From Ascidiella aspersa (taxonomy: Eukaryota), in NCBI GenBank assembly GCA_963924565.1, contig OZ004609.1, forward strand, positions 10,912,001 through 10,976,000: a stretch of DNA of 64,000 nucleotides, given 5' to 3'. The stretch's first letter is position 1. Every line of letters starts with the position of its first letter. The translations under genes were made by a program, and so were the position numbers. The notes under the pieces are model-generated. The model was not told the DNA's origin, searched no databases, and saw only the letters and a program-made list of their open reading frames with translations. Positions 23,524-37,970 of this stretch are shown in pieces.

Positions 23524-25275
23524 GTTATACCCCTCAAAACTATACATCGTTCCAAAGAAATACAGCCAGACCCGAAGCCTCACATTTTGTCGGTTAGCTT
23601 TTCCACCGATTCTGTTGTACTGTATTTACACGTTTTGCAACCAATATCATTGTCAAAAGCAAATTAACGAGAATATCGACCAAAAATCGACAGAAAAAAC
23701 ACAGGGTAACGAAAAGGTGTTTAAGATCGGGTATGTTTATGTGCAACAAGTTTCAGAAAGAAAATTCTAGTCAAATATTTTAATTTTACAACTTTGGTAT
23801 TACTGTTGAAATAGATGATTACACCGTATTATTAGTACATCCTCCAACACCTTTTCCGTCATGTTTGTTCGCAGTGGCGAAAGAATAAATTTTAAGCAGA
23901 AAATGCTCTCTCCACGTTGACTTGGGTTGCTGGAACTGCCAAAACTACTTGTGAAAGCTGGTACAGTTCTGGCTTGAATCTTTGGATGATTTCCAGTATT
24001 GTAGTACGTCTTCGTTTTTTTAAGTCTTGGTTCGTTGACATTGGAGGTGAGCAGCGCAGCAATACAGGCTAGTCCTTTTTTATTTTTGTTAAATTCTCCT
24101 CGCCGCTGCTCTGCTTCTTTCTCTCGAGCCTTAATAAGCAAGTCTAAGTCGTCATCGGCACTTGATGTTTCAGACGAATCCTTTTCTAACCCAGTCAAAT
24201 TTACGGTGGGCTCTTGCTGCACAGAATTTAGACGATCCCATGTTCTTTGCAAATGCTGAGTCGCAACACTTTGGTCGCTTTCTGAAAGGAACATTTTGTA
24301 CCTTGGGTCTAGGTACAGGGAACTTAAAAAAATACAATTCTTGTAAGTCAACTTCTCTTTTTTTCATGGCAGACAGCAACAATTGTGCGAAAGGAGAAGT
24401 TGTTAATTTTGAAATTTGTAATTTGCAGTTTACCCAAATTCCAATATAAGCTGCTCACACTGTAACGATTTCGTGGCAATTTTTGCAGGCTCCAACACTG
24501 AAAGAAGAACAGAAAACGTGTTCCAGTCAGATTATTGTATATACAGATCCGGGTTTGTTGTCGCCATGTCCTGACAAAATTCTTTGAGAAGCATAAGACG
24601 GCGAATCATGTCATAGGTCGAATGCCATCTAGTTGGACTGTCTAATATAGGTTTTTTAAACTGATGGTGTTCTTAGCTTTTTGCACACCGACCGAGCCGT
24701 CGATATTATACTGCACAAAAATGATTACTTTAAAGCATCACTTACGGATAATTGCAATGTGTGGGCTGCACAACGCACACCTCTCCACATAATATTTGAG
24801 TTTGAAGTGTCGGACGGTGGGACAGCGCTAAGTAAAACTTCCACGTTTATAAATTTATTAACATTATCATCATCTTCTTCTTCTTCTTCGTCGGTGCTGT
24901 TTTCTATTTCCCTTTCCCAACTGCTGCATTGAAATGCCATACTGCTCAATGGTGTCGTTTATTACATTTTTCAAATAATTTGCTGTGTGGCTCTTTTTCA
25001 ATTCTTTGACGGCCAAAGTACGTAGTTGAATTTTGCCATCTGCCACGAATTGCAGGTTTTTGCCCAATACCGACCTATCTTGACAAGTAGCTGCATCTGC
25101 CTTTAACGATAGCAGTTTGCCCTTTACTTCAAGCTTTATGTTATTTCGCACTTCATTCGCTTGCTTAGCGATTTTTTCACGTATATTTTCCGCATTTATA
25201 GTAAAATTGCTACGCAGCCAACCTAGCAATGCGTTTAAAATTTTTCGAAACCCCGAGTCGTCCATTAATTTAAAG

Positions 25276-28200
25276 TAGGGTTGGGCATTTGACCGGTCAA
25301 ACACTCGTCAAATAGGTCAAATACTATACACACTTTCAAAATGCAATTGAAGGTAAAAATCAACCTTGATTTTTACTTTAAATAAAATATATGAACGTTT
25401 TAGCTCAAGTACAATGGTTTTTAAAACTAAAACAATTATTTTTTAAACATTAATAATAATTTTTCCGAAACTATGACATCTTGCAAGCAACACTAGATAT
25501 ACCGTAGTAATTTTTACCACTACTTCAACCACTAAGTTAAGCCAACAAGTTTATTAACGAAATTTAACAAGTAAATGTATCAGTACACAAAACATTTTTA
25601 CGCCTCATCAGAACTTGTCACTATCTGAATTTCCGAAGTCATCACCAGTATCTGAATCAGGATCCACTGGAGACAAAGGATTCGGTTCTTCAAAATTCCT
25701 AAGTAGCCTGAGATTGTGGTATACCCCAACCAGTTTGCCAACCGTTGATGTTTTAAGTCTGTTGCGATTTTTTGTGTGGATATTTCCCCAGACAGACCAG
25801 TTGCGTTCAGCACAAGCAGAAGAGCTTGCAAGAGAAAGTAGTATTTCAGCTACTTTACTCAAAATACAAGAAGGGGCAAGGCCTTTCCACCATGAGCTAG
25901 GTTTAAGGCGGTTTGCTTTGACTGACGAAATTGCATTCCACAATATTTTTCTGGCAAATATGCCACTTTTAGCTCTAAAATTTCCAATTTGTGCAATTAC
26001 TTCATCATTGCATGAGCTTCCTTTAAAATTTGCAATAGAGGTAATCACATCACATGCTTCATCAAACTCTTCATCTGTAAGCTCCTGGCCTTGAAATCTC
26101 GGGTCAAGTAAGTATGCCGCATTGTGTGTCGGCGTCACTACTTGATTTTTACGGAACAAAATTCTTGCCTTTACATTTTCCTCTTCTAAGCATCTTAATG
26201 GGCTGGAATGTACAGCCCCGTCAATGTGTTTTTGGATAGTTGAAAACTCTTGTCTAACATCAGACAAGTAGTCACATCACTTTCTAGTTTGTAAATAGAA
26301 TCAGCAATTGGCTTAAGTAAATCTAAAAGTTTTGCATTTTTGGTCCAAAATACATCATTATCTAAAATATTATTCCGTATATCTTTGGGACATGCACTTG
26401 ATACTTCATCTTCTACAATTGCAGATTGCAGGGCCTTTTTACAGGTTTGCAGATTTTGAATGCAGGTTATCATAGACGCCCAACGTGTGTTACAAATTCT
26501 ACTGAGTGTGGAAGAAATTGAGTGCTGCATTAACTGTCGTTTGAATATTGCTGCTGGAACTTGCTTGTTTTTGAAAAATCTTACAATTTTATTGACACTT
26601 GGGAGTATGGGATGACACTGTTGTAAAATTTTCGAGATCTTGTATAAAAAGTTGTAAAGTGTGTGCAGAACATCCATAACATTGGATATGTGGAATCTCT
26701 TCCTTTATTATGTGCCAAGCAGCTTTCATGTTCATTTGCAGCATTGTCTCTTACAATAGACATAACCTTTTCAGAACCAATCTCCTGTATAACATATTTG
26801 AATTGATCTGCAATATATGCTGCTGTATGGCGATGTTCTGTAGTGTTTTGGAAAGAGTAAAAGATAGGGTTAGGTGTCGTAACCATGAAATTAATTATTC
26901 CCTCATTGCGCATGTTACTCCAGCCATCTGATACAATTGAGACAAATGCAGCTTCATGCAAAATATCCTGAACCTTTTTCTTTATTTCGTCTGCTTCCTC
27001 ATCTAAAAACCGTCCAGATAACATCTTGCGAGATGGCAAACTATACACTGGTCTTAGCTTTTCAAAAAACTCCTTTACATATGGATTTTCCACAATGTGA
27101 AATGGCATGTTACTTGCATACACTGCCCTTGCAAATGATTGGTCTAAATCAGGGATGTCAACATTTTATTATAGTGGGCCGCATTGACACTTGAAATAAT
27201 TCAATGGGGCGCAGAACCTATTAAGTTTAAAGATTAAGTATTGCTCTTTAGAGTTATAACGGGCCTTCAGAGTTATATATATATTTATTTCCCCATATTG
27301 TACTATTAGTGCGCCCCTAAAAGCTGACTGGTACATTTTAATTGGGCTAAAATTGAACGTTTAAAATACTACTTGGGAGTGAAAATGACTAGCGGGCCGC
27401 ACAAAAATTTCAGACGGGCCGCAACGTGGCCCGCGGGCCGCAGGTTGGACATCCCTGGTCTAAATGCTGTTTTGATAGTGGTGTCATTCGGTCTACAAAT
27501 CCTTTAATACTACTTTGATATGAAGCTGCATATGCAGAAGACACTGACATCTTATCACTTTCTTCTTTTTCAAATAAATTTACACTTATTTTATTGCTGC
27601 TAATACTGGCTATATCTTGTGTAGATCCTGGCTTTCCTGTTTGAAGTTGCATAATGGTTTCTTTCACACTAGTTGGACAGGAACTGCATTGTGACATTAA
27701 ATGTTTTACCATCCTGTCCACATGGGTTACATACTCTTTAGCACAAAACCTACACTGTGCTTTAACTTTGCTGCCCCTTTTAATTGTGTTGTAAAATTTC
27801 CAAATAAAGGTCTTTGGCTTACCCATAACTTTAGCAATGACAAATTCTGTAAAGATAAAAAAACATTAATGCTCAGTATAATCAATAAGTTACAAGCACA
27901 TTTCCTGTTAAAATTTACTCCTAAGCTACTGACAAAAGATGACTACACTGCAAAGCTGTAAATCAAATCTGAAACTGCAAAACCAAGTATTCTATTACTT
28001 TCCTTCTATTCCTTTTATGACAAACACAATTCACCACCATTGTGATGTCACAGCAAAAGAAAGCCAGTGAATTTACACTGTATGGTGCAACTCATACTAG
28101 TAAACAGACTGGAAGACTCAAAAATATGAAATGCATTTATTCTACTCTAAACAAAATAAAATCACTTTTGCTATTACAAACACTTTGTTATTACCACAAA

Positions 28201-28404
28201 ACTTGTGTTTTTGTATCAGGTAAACACTACCATTTTATATTTAAATTCTTTAAAAAAGTTACACTTGGGATTATTAAAAACTTCACAAAACAACCGCCGA
28301 TAAAATTTACAACATTTGCTTCCGAAACGAGTATTTGACCGGTTAAATAAAGTGTGGTCAATTGACCGTATTTGACCAGTCAATTGACAGGCTTGCCAAC
28401 CCTA
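25276..28404 (-). mobile_element. Full-length hAT element with BED-finger/DUF659-type transposase (frameshifted)
   Basis: TIRs TAGGGTTGGGCA / TGCCAACCCTA; perfect TSD ATTTAAAG; BED finger (IWKFY..AQCRFC..HLMSQC), SIVSDGWSN, NTRWAS, AYLLDPRF, SSACAERNWS. Confidence 0.92.
27150..27457. mobile_element. hAT MITE inserted in the inner transposase
   Basis: TIRs CAGGGATGTC / GACATCCCTG; perfect TSD GTCTAAAT. Confidence 0.92.
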
Positions 28405-28999
28405 ATTTAAAGGGTCGACCATTCACTGTCACCAGTTCTAAACATGCTCTTTCTAAGGTCTGTTCGTCCATTTTAACTCTAATTGATCTTGTAAGAATTT
28501 CGTCTATGGAACTTTCACGCTTTTTGAAGCTGCTTCTGATAATAATCAGCCCACCTTTGTGGTTCGTTTTGTTTGTTGCACAATTTTCTCTCAAATCAGT
28601 TGGACTATCACTTTTACGATGTCATAGTAGTAGGACTTGCCCTAGTTATCAGTAATGCCGATTTCTATTAAACAATAATAGTGTGGTAATCGTTGGATCG
28701 CCAAAACTTTCAACCCTGATTTGAGTTCAAGCTAAGTCATTTAGCCGCGGTATAGAATCCTACCACAACGCAAATTGTTAGGGTTAGGGTGGGTCAAGAA
28801 TTAGTATTAAATAATGAGTGAATGACTATAATAAAACTTGACCCACCCAAATATTGTCATAGGCTCCAAGTTGACTACCTAATCAAAAATGTGTCTTGGC
28901 CCTGTAAAATAGTTGTATGTGTATCAGAACTACAAAAAACAATATAATGTAAACAGAAAATAAATTATACTACAAATGTATACAACATTATAAAGCTAC

Positions 29000-29790
29000 A
29001 GGTGACCTATTTTTTTAGCGATTTTCGTAAGCTAACATTTTGATCTTTTTGATAACATCTAATTTTTAAAAAGAAATAGCAAATTTTGTTGGCAACTTCG
29101 ATTAGAATTTTGTTGTCCTCATTTCCAAAGTCACAACGTATTCTATTAACAACATTACAATTAATATTTTTATAAATTATAATTGCGCCGAAAACTGAAC
29201 CTCAAAATAGGCTAAAAGATCTGTCATGCGTACTTTTGGTGCCGTTAGCCTTCCATATGTGTCATTATTTAGTGTTGAAATAAGTGAGCCTTCTGAAAAA
29301 TTAGCTTCTGGGTCTTTGAGATCTAAGATAATTTGTGCAAAATACATCCACCAATATATTTCAAAATATGCCGGTCATCAACAGTAACAGAATTTATTTT
29401 TTGATTTGTTTCCAGATCTAACTTCTTAAACTTTGCTATGTATTTATCAAACAATTTTTTTGTTAAATCCAAACTGTCATCCCTCGATAAATGTTGGGAG
29501 GAGGTTAGGAATGACAAACATTCTATCTATGCTGAATTTTAAAAGAAGAAAATTGCCATCTGGTTTTGATCTGAAAATCCTAAAAAATATTCCCAAGCTT
29601 TATCTGGTATATTTAAAGCTTCTCCCCCAACTTGGCTCCACCACATCTTTATCTCCTCCACACTCTCACTTTCAAATTGTATCTCTACGACTCCAGAAAA
29701 TTCATCCTCAACTTCGTTTGAGATAGCTTCTAGCTGCCGTATTGTAGCTGAGTCCAAAAATATATCAGAAATACCCTCAACACTGCTAAA
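29000..29790 (-). pseudogene. Degenerate transposon-associated coding fragments, family uncertain
   Basis: Broken ORFs including LKYIGGCILHKL, loosely like the L.YI.GY...KL segment of P-element/THAP-related proteins. Confidence 0.25.
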
Positions 29791-31199
29791 AAAAAGTGGT
29801 AATAAACCTAAACCTTTAAAACAATTTAATGAACAAGGTTGTCTATTTACACATTTTACCGGTTAGAAGTGGTTTTCGCAAACAGCATAACAATTTTAAC
29901 AGCAATAAAAAACTTCACACATTTTGCTTACTCCTTATAACAGGAAATATATTGCGTAACTAAGACGTAACCAAGGCTTTCTTCATATGCAGCGAACCGT
30001 ATCATACGACCAAACCAAAATGCATTTGTTAAACGGGGAAAATGATCACGTGACTACGAGTTGCACCTCATTTGTTAAAGTCTCTTTGTGTGGAGGTTGT
30101 TGCTGTTTTTTGTGCAAAGGAGAATAATGGTTGCAAGTGATTTATTGGTAAGTTGCTTTGTATATTGCGTGGAACTGCCGAAACATATTGTATAGTTTGC
30201 AAAGGAAAATACTTGTTGTTTTGCAGCCTACCCTTAAAACCTGTGAATATTCAAAATGTATAACTTCTGCTAAAGTTTACTGCGATGACTTTGTCAGTTC
30301 GCGCGGAATTAACTGTCTTGTGTTATAATGTTTTCTTCATTGGTGTTGATACTGTTCTCATTATTTTAGTTTAGTTTCTTTCTTGCTTGCTTGTAAACAC
30401 TTGAAGCGTGATAGACATTTGACCTGCCCAATAAAATGCTTTGCCCAACATTTAGGTAAGAATGATGCGTGTGACATCACAATTGTTGAGGCGTTGGAAA
30501 ATAACTGCTTGAACAGTCGTCGTCTTGATTCTTCGGATCCCCAGATAGTTGGTTTCCTTTAGATATGAGTTTTTGGTGTGAAGTATATATGTATTAAAGT
30601 ACACTTTAACTGTTGCTTTTAATGTAGAGTGATCTAGTTTATAAGCAAAAGGCATTTTTTTAGATGAATAGAAGAAGGATTGCACAGACAGCACAAAGAG
30701 TTGCTTTGAAAAACTTACAACATATGTAAAAATTGTTTCATGTCTGTGGTCACATCATTGTTATCAAGGGTCTATAACTAACATGTAACCCAACAGCATA
30801 GACAAGTAATATGCTATTTTAAGGACTACAGGCACATACACAATGGGCTTCAGAAATATCAATAACACAACTCTTGGTACAAAGCATAGCAAACAGTGAA
30901 AATTTGATTGTTTGTTGTATACATCATCTACTTTTCATGGTTGCAACCAAAATCATGTTTCGTTGCGTATTTTTGGGAAGCACAAGTACCGTCGTTTTCC
31001 TTAATTCATCTGCTACACGAATTGAATATTGTCAAACATCTTTAGCTTTTGTTATTGGCCAAGATTGCGGGATTAACGTTAATATTTGTATTTTTCGCGA
31101 TGTGGCTCCCTGAGTAATTTCTCCCTGATATAAAACATAATTTTCAAAACGATTGAATCTTTTTCATGCTGAGATTTAGTAATGTCTGTTTTCTTTCTC

Positions 31200-32110
31200 C
31201 AAGATCACATGCATCCACTCCAAGTTCAAACGCAAACGACCTTTGCAAACTGTGTTTGGCTGTATGAAGTTTTATTTTTGCTTCACTTAATCTTGCATGT
31301 TTTGGCTAGCTATGTGCTTTAAAAGGTGAAAACACCAGAATGAGAGTCGGAAAAGTTTGCTTGCACAGATACGTAGAAACAGACGGGACGATTGCCCGAA
31401 ATGCTGCTTTTGAGGTCTTAGGATTGGAATGAAACATGGTGACCAATCTTGAGAAATCCATTTTTGCTTTCATGACAAGACGATCTTTCCTTAAATCCTC
31501 TATAGTTCATCTTGAATTTCTTCGGGACACCTGATATAAAACCATCGCAGAAAAGGCGAAGATTTTAGTTCCCCGTACCAGATCGGGAAAATACTTCTGA
31601 AATCTTACAAGCGATTGCAAATGTTCGTAAGTATCCAATTTTATCTAAGCAGGGAGACCAGCAAGTTCAAATCCTGAAAGTATTTCTAACATTGAAAAGT
31701 TGCAAAGATTTTTCGAATTCAATACTTTATCTTTTCAGGAAGCTACACAACACACCTTAAAATTGCAAAATCTTTTGTATCAGGTCCTTGAAGCCTCAAA
31801 TTAAACTTGTTTAATTGTTCAAATCTGCCAGCGAAATAAGCAAGACCAACTAGCAATGTTTCGTCACTAAAATATTTGACAAAAGTAGGCTTTTTTATTT
31901 CTAAAAATAGTTTGATTTTGGCTCTAAGTTTAAAGAAGCAGGTAACAACCAAAAATAAATCGAACTGCTGTGTACAGCAGAAGAGGTTAATATCTTTGCA
32001 AAGCTGTTTGAATATAGACGGGAAGTGGAGGCAGTTTTGCTTTACAGAGTTTACTATTTTTACAGTTGAATTCAGCACATTCTTTAGAGAAATGGGAATC
32101 GTCTTACCGG
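31200..32110 (-). pseudogene. hAT Charlie/Buster-type transposase relic
   Basis: VKIVNSVK, FKQLCKD, LAYFAGRFEQLNKFNLRLQG and STYLC.Q.F motifs, with frameshifts. Confidence 0.75.
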
Positions 32111-32449
32111 ACAGCGCACATCTTTATATTCCTCCTTTAAAAACCCAAACACTGTTAATTATTTCACGAAAATAATCACTGAAAGAACATTGCCAACATT
32201 TAACACTATCTGGATACGGTACGAGGTTTTATTTAGAGGTACATAGAGTAAGAAAATAAAACATCGCTCAACCTTCAAAAAAGTTATCCAAGGTTGCAAA
32301 TCTTTTAAGTCAAAGTCGATTGCTTTTCACGAGAAAAGCCCGTTCATTAGCTCGCTCGTGTTATGAAGGGCAAAAAATACCAGCGACAGCTACGGCTCAA
32401 ATAGCATTAAATCAGCTTAATCAGCAATACAGCAAAATAATTGGCAATT

Positions 32450-32800
32450 TATTCAGAAACGCTCACGTCATTGCTAAGCACTGAAGACCGATTTGCGATT
32501 GCACTTGGTTGTGTGAACTTGATGAGAAAAGGGTCTTGATGTCTACAAATCCTATCATAGTAGAAAATCGCGCAAGACCTTTGTTAAAGAAATTGCTATA
32601 ATTTGCAAAGAAGAAATAAGGGCAACAAAAAATAATTCCTTCAGTATAACTTGTGATGGTGCAACGGACAGCATCATAACGGAACAGACATCCGTTTACG
32701 TCCGCTATAGCGTTAGGGGCTTGGTGCAAACTAAGTTTGTCGCCTTTGGAAGCCCAAAGTGTCCAAGTGCTGTAGGCATTTATGAAATTTATTTTAGAAG
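32450..32800 (+). pseudogene. ZNF862-like hAT transposase fragment
   Basis: Reads VKEIAIICKEEIRATKNNSFSITCDGATDSIITEQTSVYVRY, the first catalytic Asp region (S...DG.TD...EQ..VYVRY). Confidence 0.65.
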
Positions 32801-32909
32801 TGGTTATAACCAGGGAGGGAAGAGATTACTTCGAGGTTAGTTATTTCGTGAGCGAAGAGATAGCTCTCTTGCAGTCTTGTATTCAGCTTATTCATATGTG
32901 TTATATGTC

Positions 32910-33333
32910 CAGACTTGGACAATTAGATTAGAATTAAAATTACCGAATTCTTAAAAAAACGAATTTGAACTAGGATTTAAACTAAAATTACATTTTATTA
33001 TCCACAATCAACATTTAAATCGAGAAGTATTTTAATAGGAATGTGCATGTCAATTATGTGTGTGCTAATTTTTAAGCATTTAAGCATAGCGTATGATTTA
33101 TAGTCCGTGAAAATTACGTTCCAACCAAAGAGTTTAAATTCAAATTATTTGTTTTCACTAAGAGACTAAAAATGCCGTTGGACGAAGTGGGATTTTTGGT
33201 AAAATCCGAATTAGATTAGAACTAGAATTAGAGCCCACAAGCAATTCACAAATTAGGTTAGAATTAGAATTAGTCGCATTTTGTTCTAATTCATTGAATT
33301 AGAAAACTAGAATTATCTAGTTTCCCAAGTCTG
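32910..33333. mobile_element. TIR MITE with AATTAG subrepeats
   Basis: TIRs CAGACTTGG / CCAAGTCTG; perfect TSD TATATGTC. Confidence 0.88.
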
Positions 33334-33503
33334 TATATGTCCACAGCAAAAGCAAAATCACAAAGCCAATTTATGTTTTTTATATCAGGGTCTTCGGTTT
33401 TAGAAGCTTTATAAATTGTCGATGGTGAAATCCTCTCCCTTTTATGAAATTCATCAGTTTTACCACTGCCTTCACTACATGATTAAGCTGCAATACAGAC
33501 TTA

Positions 33504-34820
33504 GGGGAAAGCGGGGCAAAACGAACCCCCCACTTTTACCATTTGTTTGCTGAACCATGACAAATGTCAAGGAAACGCTTGGGTCAAACAATCAAATAAA
33601 TTTGACATTGAACAAACCAGTGAGGGGAAATATAAGTTTTGGAGGATTTCGATATAAGGACAATATAGTAAAATAATGTGCTGTTTACCAAAGTAAAAAG
33701 TGAAGTTGCTTTTTTGTTAAATCATTAGTATAAAACAGACTGTTTAATATTTCAAAACAGTTAAAGTTTTCGATTTTTAAGATATTAAAGAAATTGCGGT
33801 TTCGTGCGGTAGATAGTGTTGGGGCAAAACGGACCCCTCACAAGGTAGTCCGTTATCACTAGTTTAACTTAAAGCTCTACTGATTGTTTTTATGATCGGA
33901 ATTTTAGTAAAGCTTTCTTAGCATATGAGATCCCTAATTTCTTATGATTTTACGTTTCGTTTAGATTTCCTAACTAACAATTAAGCACAAAATTATATTT
34001 AAAATTAAGCACAAATTATATTTTAAAAATCGTGTTCGACTGATCGAACAAAGTGGTCTAAAGAAAATATGAAACAGATGCAAATAAATGAAATGTCTTA
34101 AATGTGCAACAAAAGCATCCACTCTTAGACGACATACGAACAAGACGGCATTCACACCTGGGGATGCAAAGTTAGGTTGTTTTAGAGCTGCACTAAAACC
34201 AAGAAGTTGAGTTGGTGAATTTAACTCGAGAAACTATTTGCTCACTAGCGTATGATTTTGCAAAAGCTAACAGCATGCAAGTTTCTTTCGACAACCAGCA
34301 AAAGAGAGAAGGGAATGACTGGCTAAATAGCTTTTTGAAACAACACCCAGATCTGACTTTTAGGAAACCTGAACCAACCAGTTTATCCCGCGCAGTTGGT
34401 TGCAATAAAGTACAGGTTTTTTTTTTGGTTTTTTTTCGTTTTTTTTTAAGATTAAAGGAGGTTGGGACACGTTACAACATACCTGCGCGTAATATTTACA
34501 ATGTAGTTAAATCCGGTATAACCTGCGTTAAAAAACCGTGTGCAATTATTGCAGCAAAAGGGATAAAGCAAGTGGGCTAAGTGACCAGTGCTGAAAAGGA
34601 AAACAATAACAGTTGTTTGCGCAATGATTCTTAGTGGGAGATATATTCCTCCAGTGATATTTCCTCGCAAGAGGATGCTTCCTTCTTCAATGAATGGAGC
34701 ATCACAAGGCTCAAAAGGGTTTGCTTACGGCAAAATATTTTTTGAATGGATGATTGTATTTTTTTTTATTATTACGCTGAAACAACAAAATAGAAAGACG
34801 GACGAGACTAAAAAATAGCA
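33504..34820 (+). mobile_element. pogo-like (Tc1/mariner, CENP-B HTH + DDE_1) element, left end and decayed transposase
   Basis: TA|GGGGAAAGCGGGGCAAAACG terminus; ORF pieces LAYDFAKAN..GNDWLNSFLKQHPDLTFRKPEPTSLSRA, NIYNV..SG, TVVCAM..SGRYIPP.IFPRKR. Confidence 0.85.
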
Positions 34821-34949
34821 CCTATCAAGAAGCGACAGGATGGGCTAAAGGCCAGCCAACTTGACTTTCGAGATTTTCGGAATTTAAAACACAGATATAC
34901 TCAGAGTTTTTTATAGACTTGATTATAAAAACAAACATAGAAATCGTCG

Positions 34950-36050
34950 GTAATGTCTTTGCATACTTACAACGGTATATAACGAAGCGGGCACAGTAAG
35001 CAAATCAACAAATCATTGTCAACACCCGTTCCAAACAGCAGAGTTACAGGGTCGTTTTGCAAGGAAATTAAAAGTTTTGAGGAAATCCAAGATGTCATTT
35101 CTTCCCAATAGCTTTCAATATGAAGACAATTATAAAATATATGCAAAATAGTCTCAGGGGCATTTTGACAGAAAACACATTGGTCGGAGTCAGTTTTCCC
35201 AAAGGAGTGTAATGCTTCGTTTGTTACTATCGCACGTAGGTTAAGTTTGATTTGAAACGAGCGTAGCTTGGTTTCAATTGTTGAACTGTAGAAATTACAA
35301 TACAGTTTTTGCCAAGGAGTTGTATTTGGAGAAATACCTAAGTACCGCTCCCAGTTTTTTTGTTGCTTTTCGGGGGAAACCGATAAATACTGCTTAATTT
35401 GATTGTTAAGAGCCTTTGGAGTGTCTATACATTTGTTAACTAACACCCTGATTTTTCAAAATGTCGTCAGTATGGTCCAACTCCGGTAGTAAGGCAGCAA
35501 TCATTTTAATAAAGGATTTAGTCTTCGTTATTCGGTTTAAAGTCGTATTTTATTGCCAATTGGTCATACTTAAGATATTCTCCCTCAGAATCGAGTAAGT
35601 CTGAGTGTTCGAGTATTCCCGCATCGATGAGAGGCTTCAAGTAAAATGTTGGGTTTTTAAATTTGACGCTCCTTGAAACCCAGTGACCTGCTGTGCGTTT
35701 TACCTAGATGGACAATTTGGATTATGGCTCTGAGGTCTGATATTATTTTTCGTATAGTTTGCAGGTGGACAAGTTTTTCGCTTTGTTTTAAGTTTATTCC
35801 CAGGTTGCCTCTAACCAGCACTCTAGCTGCATTAAGGATAACTCATTTTTTTTCTAAAAGTTTCCAAGGGGCTGTGTAATTAACATCTAAAAATTTTGAT
35901 TTAAGGTTTAAAGCTAAAATATAGGAATCGACTGACATATTTGCATTTCCTAGTTCAATGTTTGAAGTCAGTTTGTTTCTTTTTACTCTTTCTCATCTGG
36001 AGCCCCAGATAAATTGAAATAATTTGGTTTTTAATTGACTATCTGTTTTG
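34950..36050 (-). mobile_element. L1/Tx1-clade LINE ORF2 3' fragment
   Basis: zf-RVT-like KLRSFQIKL..CVFCQNAPETILHIFYNC..W; upstream FKFIW-like piece near 36010; broken frames. Confidence 0.8.
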
Positions 36051-36476
36051 TGCATTATTCTTAAAGTTTTACGTTTGTTAGCAATTCCCGATCAATATAT
36101 CTCACGGCTTTTTTTACTTAAAATATGAGTAGTTTTAAAATAGAAGAAATAATTACAATGTTGGTATCACTGTATTTTTTCAGTTTTTAGAGAAAGGGAG
36201 CCCAAAACAAAACGTAATCAAGAAGCATTTAACATACAATATTTACAAAATAAGAAAGAACCTTAATACAATCATTAAACAACAATAATAATCAAAACGA
36301 ACAAAACATAACCTGAACAACAACGTACATTAACACAACTAAATGACAGCCGAATACAACTCAAGCTAAATTAAATATTGAAAAAGAAAACAAACGCGAA
36401 ACGGCCGTTTTGCTTAACATATTATTGTTTTGAACGTTTTTTTTTCGGTTTTGATTGGTTGCTCTGGTGTGTTTGT

Positions 36477-37970
36477 TTATTCAGCTGTAGTGACAATTGG
36501 CACAGTGAGTTTTCCATTCGTGGATATTACTTTCTTTTCTTTAATTTTATTTTGAAAAAAACATCGTTGTTTTTTTGCTTGACTCTCTTTGGACAACTTT
36601 GCCCATTGTGCCATGGCTATGGTATAGCGTTTCCATGCGCCGAAAAACATATATTCTCCCATTCCATAAATAACTTTTTCTAAACCATTTGTTGGTTGGT
36701 AACCAGTTTGGTAATAGTGCCAATAAGGTCCGACAGCGTCTGCTTTTTCCAATCGGTTGCTACCTTAAATACGTGATTAATTGATTCAGAGTTATTATTG
36801 GTCCAATTGTTTGTGACTGCTTTGTTAATATTTGGTGTAACCACTCCAGTTTCCAATAATGGCAGAAGTCGGTTTTTACAATATTGAACAAACTGAGGAT
36901 ACTTTTCGATGGTATCAGTAAACACTTTACATCTGTAATAAAAAATATCAAGGGGAATTGTGTATTGTAAGACCTCCATTGCCAAATATTTGACCTTTTG
37001 TGTCATTTCGAGTGTTGCGACTCGCCCCAACTTTATCGCGAAGATATTCCTCGACGTTATTTTTTAAGTGTCGTGAACATAATACGCAGTATGAATCTTT
37101 AAAAACAGACTTTAAAGCCACTGTTATGGATTTTTTTATCGTCAGAACCAAAGATAATTTTACTGGAATATTCACTACCAATTGCTATAGCAATTTCTGA
37201 AAAAAATCTTTGAAAAATTTCTTTTGTTGACATTACATGTAACAGAATAGGACCAAACAAGATAGGATTTTATTTTGTTTTTTTCCTGATAATGCCCAGT
37301 GCTTGAAAAATGTGGCTGTTACATAGCATTTTCCTAACTTTCGCAACACATATAGCTTTAATTAAATGAATCATGGTATCATTAAATAAAACGATGGATG
37401 GCGCCTTTTCCCCCACAAAGATTAATTGACCTGACCAAAGGATGGGAGGGCGAACATGCCATATTCAGAATTTCCAGAAGTTCATCAGCAAATTTTTGGG
37501 GTTAAGGAAAATCGTTGTTTTTCTTTTGCCTCTTTGTTGTGTGTTTTATATTTTCTATTTGTTTTTTATTTCGCAAACCCCAGTTGAAGAAAATTGCTTC
37601 CTGAGTTGATTTTATATATCTGATGTTTTTTTATCAATATCTTCCTTTACTTTGTCTAGAACTCACGGGTCGGTTTCCGTGAACAGCCCAAATATTCAGC
37701 CATATATATTTCTGGCTGGTTGCACAACCACGTGATCCGTCTTTTATTTTGTGGTTGATCTTTCAGAGTTGTATAATACCGCTTTAAGGACACTACTTTG
37801 CAATCTGATTCCACTGAAATTTCTGTGTATTTTGGGCCTTTCCTGTATGTGAAATATTTTCCTCCGCGTTTCACAATAGAAACCATAGAGCCATCGGGGA
37901 TAATTAGGTATAAGCGTTTGTGACAGTTCCACTGTTGGCTGACCATGTTCCGCAGTCGTCGGGAAAACAA
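36477..37970 (-). pseudogene. MULE-type transposase relic
   Basis: LKRYYTTLK..RRITW, VLCSRHLKNN (CxxH), WTNNNSESINHVFK (catalytic E region); frameshifted. Confidence 0.7.

Larger units (their letters stand above)
23800..28620 (-). pseudogene. Outer hAT transposase (frameshifted), split by a second hAT insertion
   Basis: ELVTVNGRPFKL (28405+) rejoins MDDSGFRKIL (<25276); LSLKADAAT, RCAAHTLQL, TRWHS, LYLDPRY and a C-terminal dimerization-like segment. Confidence 0.85.
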
